From Zygnema circumcarinatum SAG 698-1b (lineage: Eukaryota; Plantae; Zygnematophyceae), in assembly GCA_037447605.1 (NCBI GenBank), contig CM074808.1:2914001-2978000 (forward strand): a DNA stretch of 64,000 nt, given 5' to 3'. Below, piece after piece: positions 35,325 to 47,374 of this stretch. The position numbers and the translations under genes were made by a program. A model generated the notes under the pieces. It saw nothing but the letters and a program-made list of their open reading frames with translations, had not been told where the DNA came from and did not search any database. The first letter of the stretch is position 1, and each line of letters begins with the position of its first letter.

Positions 35325-38279
35325 ATGGACTCACCACCACAAAAGTTGCACGCATCCAAAATTGTGGTCAAAGTGAACTGAAGGACTGGACTTTCTTCTG
35401 ATCTTTAACCAGTAAATTTGTTATATTTTTTGGAGTTCCTTGTGCGCAGCCGGAAGGCTCTTTGTACCCTCTTCCCTTGGCCAGCCATGCAGAGGTGGCT
35501 AATGATCAACACCTCTTTCTTACGACACTTTCACATCTTCATTCTTACCTTGGCAATACTCTGAAGTAAGCTTGTGATCCACTCTTCTGTAAAAAAAAAG
35601 GCAGATCGCATTGATTTTGTTTTTCCGTCTACGCATCTTTTGTCTCTTCCTTCCTCCAGCAATGAACACGCTGTTTGTTTTGGGAGCTGTTTTCCTGTTT
35701 ATGGCCACGTGGGACTTCTGCTACTCTGATTAACGGCCGCGGTCCATAGCTTTGTTTCTATGCTCATTTTTGTTCTCGTGGATGCAGGATTCCTTTGATG
35801 GGGGGGAAAGAGCTAGACTTGCACTTACTGTACAGGGAAGTGACAAGGAGAGGAGGGTTGGCACAAGTAAGTTTCACTCCTACCCCTCATCAAACATCTC
35901 CACGTAATGCATTTGTTTTCCTTCACTCGCGTCGAAACAGGTCTATCAGCTTCCATTGATGCATTGTGTGCTTGTGTGGGTGAGCTGAAATGATGTCCAC
36001 TCTGTAAGTTTCTCCTTTGGGGGGGTGTGCAAAGGACACTTATATATGTGTGGGATTGAACGCGCAGGTGACGTTACGCAAAAGGTGGAAGGATGTGGCG
36101 AAAACTTTTCGACTGCCTCCGACAATTACAAGCGCATCTTTTGTTATGCGGAAATACTATACAGGCCTTCTGCACCACTACGAGCAGCTTTACTTTTTTG
36201 GCGCGCGTGGCCCTCTTGTTCCTCCATTGTGTAAGCATCTGCGAGCTAACTTGTCCTTCTTCGGTTTCTCAGGAAGGTTGTAAAATTTGTCTGCATTTGC
36301 AGAGATGACGTAGGCAGTGTCGAATGTGTTTATTAGGTGTCGGATAGCCTGCCTTATAAATTATGAAAGAGCATGGTACGACTTGTATTCACTTTTTTAT
36401 TCAAAAACTTGGCCTTCTTTATACTATTGCTTTAATTAGCTGGATTTTAAGAGAGAGACTGTAGGCAGACTATAAGGGTAGTTTCGTGTGTACTTTTTCA
36501 TTTTTCCAATAAATGCGTTCGGTGATCTTGTTTGGTGATACTAGTGGTTTGTGTGGCCTCTTAAACTGTCATCTGCCGCTGACCAGTCAATTATATTTGG
36601 GTTTTGAGTATTGATATTACGACTTTCTATCCCCTTCCCTCACTTCTTTATCCGCCCCCTATTTTGCTCTTATTCCAGCAATGCTCCCCACGTCTTTTCC
36701 CAAAGAGCCGAGAATTGCCCGCATTCAGCCTGAGCTTTATGGCATCGACATTCAGCTCACAACAGATTTGGCTCCTCGAAAGGCCGGGAAACGGAAAAGG
36801 TCAACTGAGGAGGCCGGTGGTGCAGGTCATTACCTGCACATTCTTTGTTTAACTAGTGTTCTATTTCCTTTCTTCTCTCTCTTATCTCCTCGTCTCCCGT
36901 TCTCTGCATCTGGTTATTTACTGGGAAGCTTGGTTACAGCTGTTGGACAGCTCTGAACTTCAGTATGCATCTGTTGATTGTCCTGTGAATGGTTGTGGTG
37001 TATGGGAGAAGGAAAACCGCTTTAAGACCTTTTCTGACACCATTGGTTGATTTTTTTGCCAGCTCCTGAAGATCCCCAAGAAATGCTCGGCCACACGGTG
37101 ACTGGGGTTATACATGCGAAGTTTGAACTAGGGTATTTTGTGACTGTTCAAGTAGGAAATGAGACTTTAAGGGGTATTCTCTACCATCCTCCAAAGGGGG
37201 CTAGTCCTCATCCCCATTCCATTTTGGAACCGAAAGCAATTGCGGAGTTTTTGAAACAACGGAAAGATTCAGGTTTACCTTTAGGAACAATACCAGAGTA
37301 TCCGAGTAGCATAACGGGAGACCGATCGGCCTTTGACCTTTTTTATAGCGAATGGCATGATAGACTGAAGGAGATGAACCCAGATGCCACAGATGAGGAG
37401 TGTGCACTTTGGCTGGCAGAGCAATGGAGGAGTTTACCAGCGGAAAACAAGAAGGTGAGTAGTTTGTGCGTAGGAGCTGTCTCTCTTTTCACTGTCGAAG
37501 CAGAGGGGGGTCTGGCAAAGGCATTTGGAAGGCAGGGCAGCTACACATAGATTTGAAGAATTTCAGCTACACAGCCCACATTGTTGCCCTTCCCTTGTTT
37601 TGAGCATAGTATACAAAAAAGTGCATGGATGCACCTTGCGATTTGAAGACCCTTAAACTTACGTGTTGCCGCTGTCCTGTTTGGATGATAGAGGTATAGA
37701 GCCTGCATATCCTTCGCACTTCCTTTTTTCAAGAACCCGTTAACGATTGATGCGCTTATGGTGTGACATTTGCAGACTTACGAAGATGTTGCAGATGCTG
37801 AGAAGGCACGACTGGGCAGAGAAGCTATAGAGACTGCTCAGGAAGAAGTCGCACATAGTGGTGCTGCCATGGTGGGGGATGATAGGAGCGAAGGAGAGGG
37901 AGAGGGAGAGCTTCAAACGGGAGTCGGACAGCCGGAATCGCAATTGAGGGCAAGGATTGAAGAGCACATGACAGAACCCAGATCACATTTGGAGGCAAGA
38001 TTCAGAATCCAATTTCCTTGAAAGGGTCTGTATGAGGTGGGAAGTAGAGCAGGAGGTTTTCTTATTGTCTTTCTGGAGCAGCGTATACCGCTAGAGCAGT
38101 ACTTTTTCTTGGTCAGAGTTCATTATCCTCTTACAAATTTTCCCCTGTGTATGCTTTGTTGTTTGCAGCCTGAAGTTGTCCATTCTCCAGAGGCCAAAGA
38201 GGCAGATTTAGATGATGCGAAGGTGGCTTTGGAAGAGGATACTGCCCTGATGGAGAACCGGGGCTTCAGTCTCTTCTAA
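35325..38279 (+). CDS. ARID + HMG-box protein (HMGB9/10/11/15-like family)
   Basis: Exons 35301(or 35325)-35372, 35450-35565, 35788-35866, 36068-36230, 36679-36825, 37063-37454, 37776-37994 and 38169-38279. ARID: YPLPLASHAEV...LGNTLK|IPLMGGKELDLHLLYREVTRRGG...WKDVAKTFRLPPTITSASFVMRKYYTGLLHHYEQLYFF. Also the GVIHAKF motif and an HMG box. Confidence 0.9.
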
Positions 38280-39149
38280 AGGCTCTCCTGCTATGATGGC
38301 GTACAGCACTATGTTTTGCCTCCTGAATGCGAAACAGCTTCCACGCGGAGGGCGCTCAAGAAATAGTCGTTTGGTTTTGCTGTGTACATTGATGTTCACC
38401 TTCCATCTTCTTTAATGTGCTTTGGGAGTTTGAAGAGCTTAACTGACAACGGCTACTACTTTCTGTACGGGCAATCAATCTCTTCTTGTAAGCCTCTTGG
38501 ATTTCTCCATCAGTAGAAGGCTCTCCTCCCTGTCTCAGTGACGGCTCGATTGACCCCCCGGGTTGTTGCTGCTGCTAACTAATATCTCGAATAAGTAAAT
38601 AGTACTATCGCAATAAGGTGTAAAGCTAGGACGTTACTTTGAGGGAATGAATCTTGAGTTTCTCCTTTCCAGTTGTGTAGAGACCGAGGAGGATATATAT
38701 ACATATATGTGCCCCCTCTGCGCATAGTTAGTAGGAGTAGTGAGCAGGCAGAGTGCGGGGCCTTCTTCCTTGAGAGCCTGCACTGACCGACCGACTGCTG
38801 AAGAGGCGGCTCCCCGGGGATATTGGAAAGGCCTTTCTTTTTTTACAGAGGAAGGATCCCTTTCTTGCGGCTTGGTCGTTTATCTACCCAATTAGGGTAT
38901 GGCTGGTCTCCAGTTGTTGTTGTTTTTGTTCCCAAGTTAATCTTATATGCCATGTGTGAAGGATTTTGAATTGCTTGACATGGTTCATGTGCGCATCCTG
39001 ATGACATGCATCCATGGAACAACAACGGATGGAAGGGCACGATAGGTTTGCACTTTCGCGAAGTATACAAAAAGGGGAGGACAGTTTTTGCACAGATTCT
39101 GGACCTGCACGTTTCTGAAGGCAGCGCTCGCACTTGCAAGAGCTGCTGA

Positions 39150-39228
39150 AAACCCTACAAACCCTAAACCCTTCAAACCCTAAACCCTAAAACCACTAAC
39201 CCTAGAACCCTGAACACAAAACCCTAAG
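39150..39228. repeat. Degenerate (AAACCCT)n telomere-like/telobox tract upstream of the Rho_N gene
   Basis: aaaccctacaaaccctaaacccttcaaaccctaaaccctaaaaccactaaccctagaaccctg. Confidence 0.8.
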
Positions 39229-39613
39229 GACGAACAGTACGGCTCTGGTCAGGCAAAGGTTCGCCTATCCGCCCTCGCCCCCTCTCCTGCCGCCACGTGG
39301 TGCGGTCAGGTTCACTAGCTGCCACGCTGGCAGAAATGAACCTCTCGAAACTTGACACGTGGACTGCTCTTTCACTGTCTGTACACTTGCCGTACGAGAA
39401 TCTGAAAAGAACGGCCTAAAATTTGGAAGTTCAAATATTTAACGGGTGTTTAACGCAGTTCCGTAGTTTGTAGAACTAGTTTCCAACATAGAACTGTTGT
39501 CTAGGAACGGCGCCCAGGGGAGGGGGCTTGGCTGATGGCAGGGCCCACTTTTCTTCTCGCTCTTCTTTCTCTCGCTGCCCTCCTCCCTCACAGCGGTGCC
39601 ACGAGGCGATGCC

Positions 39614-42256
39614 ATGGGGCTCCACGCGCTGGCGCCCTCTCCCGCTGCCACGTGTGCATGCTCTCTGCAGAGGTCCTCTCCAGCGCCTCCATTCTCTGCG
39701 GCATGGCCGCCATTGAGGAGAGGATGGCGGCTCATCTCTCAGCGCAGGCTGTCATGGTATCCAAGACATGGCGCGGTGCACGCCACAGCCATGCAGGACG
39801 GACATGGAGATGCGATGAACGTTCAAGGTGGTATATTTCTGCTGTCTTTTCGATCACCTTTTTGCAGTCTCTTGAATGTTTTCGTTCTGATCCCCTCATC
39901 GTTTGGAAACGTGAATTGAAGCATGTTTTGCCTCCAATCTCAAATTGGCGGCATTGTTTTAAGCTAAATCTGGTGCTTTTTCATGTCAGCAACTTGACTC
40001 GCTGGTCGTCGTAAAGCGACAGTTGCGGGGCTAGTGCAGTTAGATGTGCACAAGCTACTGTAGCCTGCTCCTGTGCTTGAAAGGGTGCTGTGTTGTGGTA
40101 GACCAGCTGTTCCACCTGACTAGCTGTCAAGTCCAGCTTGTTGCTGGAAATGATAATTCTTCCTTGTACTGCAGTAAATTCAGCACTGTAGTTCAGTCAA
40201 CTTTCACAGTAGGGTCTACAATTTGTTTTCCGGGCATGAATTAGCACTGCGTACACACTCCCTTCTCTTCAGCCAAGCACAGAGGTATACTGAATTGCAA
40301 GATTTTTAAATTCGGAGTCTCTGTGAAGAGTTGATTTTTATCCTGTAATTCAGTTTATTGACTAAAATTCAAAATTGTTCTGCAGAGCTCGCGGATGGCA
40401 GTCTCCTATTTTCATTTGGAAACGATGGTGAAGGCAAGAAGGAAATACTGGCTAGCATAGGACAAACAGGGAGCCCTCGACCCCCTCATCGGCTTCCCTC
40501 TGTGTTTCAAAAGCGCAGTCCGATTCCTAAAAGACAAGCTCAGCCAAGGCCGATTCAAAAGCATGAAGTGGGAGCTGAAGGGCCCGTTTCCATGCCTGAA
40601 GGGGCAGAGCCAGTTGTCACGCCAAACAATGCTTTGCAAGGGATGGCAAGTGTTCCAGCTCGCCCGCCTTCTAAGTTTGTGAAACATTCTCCCATACCTG
40701 CTGGAGTTCGGCGGAGCCTTCGTTCGCCCCCAATTCCGGCAAATCCTCTATCAATTTCCGAAAATACATATGGCCATTCTCTATCAATAGATGCGCCTTC
40801 CTTCACTTCCTCTGAACCAGTTGCAGCTTCCCTGACAGAGCACGCTGAAGCGTTTGATTCAGATGTTCACACCAATTCACCATTCTCTTCTCCATCATCT
40901 ACTCATGTTCACTTCTCACAGCCTCCTGAAAGAGGGTCGTCGTCGGCTGCGTCTGCTGCATTTATTTCCAGCACTCATACCCCCTCCTCTAATGGTGCAG
41001 CTTTTGTGTTACAGCCAGTCATTTCTTCCCTTCCGCAAACACCCGTTAGGATGGCTCCTTCAGCCGTTAAGCCTTCCGCTACAGTACGACCCACAACTCG
41101 ACGTCAAGCTTCTTCTTCTGAGAGTGGTTTTGCAACTTCTAATGAAGGTGGAGAAAGCTCAGAGTTCTTAGCCCCTTCAAGACCACCTTCTACATTTGTG
41201 AAACGATCACCTATTAGTAATCGCAGTCCAGTTAGGGATGCCACACCCAGGGCAGGTGGCAGCAGTTCGGGCTCTCCTTCAGAGCTTGTAACTCGTGCAG
41301 TCCCAAGGTCACAACCTGCAGCAAAGAAAACCTCATCTGCAGCACCAGGGAGCAGGAGAAAGATGGCAAAGAAAGTGGAAGGTAGTCTGGTAGTGCCTAC
41401 TCCTCCCACCCGTCCGCCTTCAAAGTTCATACGGCGCTCTCCAATTTCTGGCCCCACGCCATTGAGATATCCACCTGCAGTTTCAATCACTCCTGTGGAC
41501 GATTCTGGTAGTTCTGCATCTGATGTCCAGGCCCAGGTGGTAGAGGCGAAAGAAGTGACACCCCCTGTTCCTAAGAAGAAAATGTCTGAGAAGAAAATGT
41601 CTGAGAAGGCTGGGAAGAGCAGCAGAGTGACTGCCACCAAACGACAGGCTGCAGCTGCTGTGGTTTCTCAAGAAGGTGAGGATTTTCTTGCTGGGACACC
41701 TGCAAGTGAGCAAGGCAGTGTGTTCTCGCATTCTATAGGTATTGAGGCAGACCAGGGGACAGTAGGGGCCCCGCAAAAGAAGGCTGCAAAGAAAAAGGAT
41801 CGGAAAGCGAAGATGGAGAATAATAAAGCTGCAGATGCTGGTATAGATACAGATACAGGTACAGATAAAGGGACTGACTCCTCACTTGAGTCGGCAGCTC
41901 TTGTGGGAAGATCCATCCCCGATGCGTCTGTGTATCGGAATGGAGTTGACCTTCCTTCTGTGCAAAATAATGAGGGAGGCCTTACGTTTGGTGGTAGCAA
42001 CTTCAGCGAGCTGGCAATAGGAGCAAGTATCAGTGAAATGGAGGAGACTTCTAGTAGGAGCGGAGTGTCAAGTGAAGACAACAGTGAGGATTCAGGGCTC
42101 CAAGAGGGAGCATTGCAACAGGAGGCGCAACATGGAGGAGAGGAACTTAAGTCCTTGACACTGCCAAAACTAAAGGAACTGGCCAAGGCTAAGGGCCTCA
42201 AGGGGTATTCCAAACTTAAGAAGTCCGAGCTTGTCGAGGCTTTAATAAACCCTTAG
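39614..42256 (+). CDS. RHON1: Plastid Rho termination factor N-terminal-domain protein (RHON1-like); 5' exons not fully resolved
   Basis: Transit-peptide-like first exon from ATG 39614; large exon 40386-42256 ending ELKSLTLPKLKELAKAKGLKGYSKLKKSELVEAL (Rho_N); four RPPSxFxxRSP-type motifs. Confidence 0.8.
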
Positions 42257-43329
42257 GGACTTACTAAGTGAACAGTGCTAATTGGTCAGGTGTAAAAGGT
42301 GTGCTGAAGTTAGGAGCTTGATGCATCCACGTGTAGAAGCAAAAAAGTCCCTGGTCATCTCTAAGGCGCGTATGCAAAGCAACAATGTGGAGTAGCGGGT
42401 TGGTGGTGAAACTTTTGACCAAAGGAGTGCGGAAGGGAGGAGACTCTCCTGCTACTTCAGTTTAAGTTTTGGGCTGCGGTGAAGCTGCAGAGAAGCTTGG
42501 AGGTGAGTTGAAAATTCCACCTTGGAGGTGTCGTTGATGCAGTTGGCTCCTGCCCCATTGAACTGTGCTGGAGTTTGCTCTCGCAAACCTGGAAAACTTG
42601 AAAACCAGCGTAAGCTTGGAGGAGGGATCTGGGCGTCTAGGATGGGCTGGGCGGGGAGCATCATTTAGCAGTAGAACACGATGCTTAGGGTCTGGAAGTG
42701 TACAATTTTGCGTTGTATTTGGTAATTCCCTTGTTTAGATTGAAAGCTGAGGAATGCGCTGTGTTCATAACGTGCAGTTCTCTCTCGCTCTCTCTGTGTG
42801 TGTGTGCCGCTCTCTCTCTGTGTGTGCCGCTCTCATCCGATTTCTCTGTGATTACACATGCAGGCTGAATAGAAAGCTTACTTTTTTTTTTTAATTCCTC
42901 TGTACCAGTTATGTAAAATATGAAAAGCTGACTGTCTGGAGGAGTGATCTGGATTATTTCGAAGATCTAAAAAGTGAAGTAACTTATTCTGTTTTGTTAG
43001 CTGAGAGTAGAATTGTTAGCTGTTAAAAAAGTGACTCCAGTGGCTTTGTTCAGGATTGGTTCGTCACCGTCAATGACAAGAAAACACAAACCGTAGGTCC
43101 CAAACAATGAGTGCTAACGCAATGGTGAGCAGAGCACGTAATTGCTCCAATGGGTTTGTTGAAGTAGCAAAGAGTAACTTTATGGCCCATCACGTTGTAG
43201 CTCACCTCCCTGACCATAGCTCCCCTCCATGTCTCTGGCCAATCGGAAAAGCAAATGACAGCCCACACTTCGTTCCTACTCGTGAACCAATTCAGCTGCC
43301 AATTGTCAATGTCATCCTAATTCAGCGCT

Positions 43330-46214
43330 CCTCCCACCTATACGATCTTAAAATACCGGGAGGAGGTCTGCATGAGGAGGAACACGCAACCTCGACAAGA
43401 GACGTAAGAAGGAATCTCATTTCTACTTCTAGTTCTACTTCTTCTTAATCTACTTCTTCTTGATCTGGACGTAACCAACACTAAGCCAGCCAGTAATCAC
43501 TATGTGGAGATACCCAACCTTCCACACTCAGAGCATTATGCACACACTCTCTCAAGGGAGGACGGCGTGAAGAGAAGCCGAAGGGGGTAAGTTCATCGGA
43601 ATTGACAACCAAAATTCTGGAATTCTGCTGCTTCTACGTAAGGGAAGCCCATACAAAGCATGCGGAGATTTACAATGGAGGCTAATCTATCGACTCCGGC
43701 TGCAAGCGGACCCATCCATTCGCAAACACATTTGCTAGCTTGAGCTGCCCATTGCCAGTCACAAAAAAAACTCTTCGGAAAGTTCCTGTATTGAAGTCGA
43801 GGAAAGGAAGGGAGCCAGAAACGAATAGTACAAATGACGCTTTAAACGAGTCATCCGGGCCATCGAGGCCTTGTTGCAGCTTGAATCTCCAGAAGCAGGT
43901 TCAGTGGGCAACAGGACTGCCACAGCACAAGCAACAGTCTTCCTAAGTGGCGGATTCCAAGCAACACCAGCTGTTCAAGGACGGATAAGGGAAACAAGCA
44001 CTTACATTCTTGAGTACCTAGAAGGAGCTAAGACTGAGACGTGTCCTTGATAAAACAGGACAATCGACACTTGCCTTACAAACACACAGCAGGGTGCATG
44101 TGTTCTGCCAGTGGGTCTACTGATAAGATTCAACTCATTGAGCCATAGACAAGGAGGGATAAAAACAGACCTTTGACTTCTGCATCTGCTCGGTAAGGGT
44201 TCCAATGATGTATCTCTCCAAGATGCGGTACGGTTCGGACTGCGGCTGCGGCTGTATGAAAAAAAAATTGAAGGGAACACAATGTCAGTGAGCAGTGCCC
44301 TTCATAATTAAATAATCAGAACTCCAGCTATAACTCAAGTATGGATGAATATTGCATCTTGAAACACGAAACTCTTCGGAACTCAAAGCTGATGAGTAGG
44401 CACTGGGCTCTTTCACCTGTGGTCCCTTCGTCTACTCATATAGCGGCCATCATCATCTCCTTGGTCATCCCTCCTTAATACCGGTGAGGGGCTACGAACT
44501 TTCCGATCACAATAAGCTCCAAAACGTCCATGTCGGCGTTCCGGGCGTGGTGAACGTGACCGTGATCGGGACCTCGACTTGCTTCTCCAGGACCCCCTTT
44601 GAACTTCCAGTTCCTGAGCCCAACAAAGTGTCATTGGTTTGAGAAGGGTATCTGAGCAGAAAAGTCCACATTGAAAAACTGGCTAAACCCAGTCATGCAT
44701 TCGGGTGATATTCATGGATGAGAAAGCCCTGTTAACCTAATCAAAACGATTTAAGCTCTTACCTCTCTGACAAGAAGAATGCAACCATAGAGCCGCTTCC
44801 CATCCAGAAACCTTGCAGCCTTGTGTGCCTCATCCTCACTTCCGAATTCCACCACGCTGAAAACGAAGAAAGAAATGCATGTGAGAAGCTAGCATAGAGC
44901 TTCTGATCTGCTTCAGAGCCAATAGTTACAATTAATCAGCAAAAGCCAGCTCCAGATCACCAAACAAGCGGAACCGAAGTAAGGATGCTTCACTTTTGGC
45001 TGTGTACTAACGCCACCTTGACTTTTGTTCCTTCCTCCCTAACACTGCTGTATCTTCGGTTAATCAGCGAGTCCTCAACACAACCATGGAGTTTCTACTC
45101 ATCAACATGTTTGGGACCAGGACAGCAAACACATCCAAAAATCCTCCAACATTAAGGCTATTCAGTAACATTAAGCAAACAGAAAATTCACGATTATCAT
45201 TTCAGTGAGGATAGCAAGCTTTCCTTACCCGCGTTTCTTCCCTCGGTCTGTATAAACGTCAGCATAGACCACATGACCGGCATCTCGAGCGAAATCTTTA
45301 AGATCTTGCCAACTCGCTTCAGAAGGAAGACGATCTGTGAGAACGGACGAACATAGAAGGACAACACAAATTTGTTCTGTTTGGAGGGGAATGAAAACTA
45401 GCTGTCCTATTTACCAATGCTGTGGTAAATAAGGAAATGAAAAGGTAACTGTAGAAGTCTAACCAAGTTGCGGAAGCAGGGGACACACCGACAATAATGC
45501 GACGCTCTTTACGCCGAGTTTGGCCTCCCACAACAGTGCCTTCAGTCTTATGTTTATTTTTTGCAGCTTCCACTAACAAGCGTCCTCCGCCCAGGGCATA
45601 TCCGTCGAGCCTCTTTATTGCAAGCTCCGCTTCTCGAGGATGCTCGAACTCGACAAAAGCAAACGCAGACTGCGCCCCATTATTTCACAATGCGCCCTTG
45701 TAAGAGATCCTCCAATCTCAAATTGATCCACCAACTTCTAGGTACGCAAAGCTGGATGTTGAACCGTCCATTCAATAACAAACGTAGGCCTGCGGGCCAG
45801 TATACTACATGATGCGTTTTTAAGGTTCTCTTTTAACGGCCGAACGGTGTACAAAGCCGCGAATAGACTCCCTCGAATTAACGTTAGCAGGCAAGCTACC
45901 CTCCAGCCCCTCGATTCCTCACGCTATAACTGAACTCGACAGCAGAATCTCTTTCCAACCTTCACTTCCACTGATGAGCTCCTCCTTACAGTGATGCTGT
46001 ACAGCGATAGACCTCATAAAGATGCAATTTGTCCAAAAAGAGCAAATTCTGGAGCAGAACTGCACTCAGGCTGAAACAATCTGCAGCCACTTACATCCGA
46101 CCGCGCCTTGTAATCACATCTCGTTACACGTCCGTATCGCGAAAAAAGATGCTCAACCTCGTCCTGCCTAATCTTTGGCGACAGCCCTCCAACATAAACC
46201 CGGGATGACGCCAT
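43330..46214 (-). CDS. SR splicing factor with two RRMs (SWQDLKD type) and an RS tail; 3' end approximate
   Basis: Exons 46214-46095(or 46107), 45669-45489, 45334-45229, 44856-44763 and 44613-~44417, then further RS-rich exons. Motifs RVYVGGL, FAFVEF, LPSEASWQDLKDFAR, VVEF and SRSRSRSRSP. Confidence 0.88.
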
Positions 46215-47374
46215 GACCAAAATCATCCTCCGATTTCTACAAGTACACGCAAAAGACTTCCATGCCTCTCAAGAATCCGCATTAAACGCAAACACCGTCA
46301 CTCCTTAGAACTTTTCGGTGACCAGCTACTTCGAAAACAGAGGCTTCTAGCCCCAGAAACGGGGAAATCACCGATAACCAATCCTTCACACTACAGAAGC
46401 CACAAGAGGATTCAAAAAAGGGAGCCCGAAACTATAGCCAACTCCTACTCCCAGCTTCAGCCGCATTACCCCTTCCTTTCCTGCACGCACGTCCACATCA
46501 AAGCACGCGATTCTCCTCACTATACCAGCCCTTCACTGTGTGCCGCCTCCCTCCCTCCATCCCTCCCTTCCTCCTCTCTGCCGCAGAGAAGGCCATCCGC
46601 CATGGCCTGCCTACTTCAAGAAAGCATTCAGCGGCTCCAGGGAGAGTAAAAGCTGCCACGTGGCCCCGCAGCCCGCTAGGTGACTGCCGTCGACTCTTTC
46701 GGTTGTACGGAAACCAAAATGTACATGTACGGATGTCCTTCAGACCAATTTATATACGGATGTACCTGAATGGTGGGAGCCCATTGGCATGGATGGGCCC
46801 ATGGGGGCCATGGCTCAGCCCTTAGACTTGGGGGACTATGGAGGGAAGTTTAACGAACCACGCACTGTCGATTGATGCATTAGGGATCACACTCATAGTT
46901 TGCTCACAACAATCTTTGGAACACACATTTAACGTCCTTAATGTCATCGTAAGGCTGTTGTTCGACTTTAGTGCCATTAAGATTCCGTCCATCCATGATG
47001 CGCTTGTTAGGAAGTCGTCGAGGCCCTTTTTCGAGATAGTTTTGACCCTTTCGGCCCTTTTGACTGGTTCCGTACATTCCGCTCGTGGAACACCAGATTC
47101 GTCAAACAGGAAAATATTACGGGTTCCGTAGCAGGACACCGCGTCATGGAACGCCGTACGGCCCCCCTCGCGAGCCGTGCGAGGGGACATTGTTAAGGGG
47201 ACGTGACATGACGTGACGCACACATCCCAAAAGTCCAAACACAAAGTCCACAGAGGGGGGAAACCACTAGTATTGGAGAATAGGAGTGCATTTGTTTCTT
47301 GTTGGTGAACCTGTCTACCCATGATGGGACATGGGAAGGAGGGAGGGAGGGAAGGAGGGAGGGACGAGTTCCAT

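Noticed and set aside
46822-47322. ORF containing IFLFDESG, resembling a Tc1/IS630 DDE motif
   Set aside because: No second or third catalytic motif and no TIRs; the match is too short.
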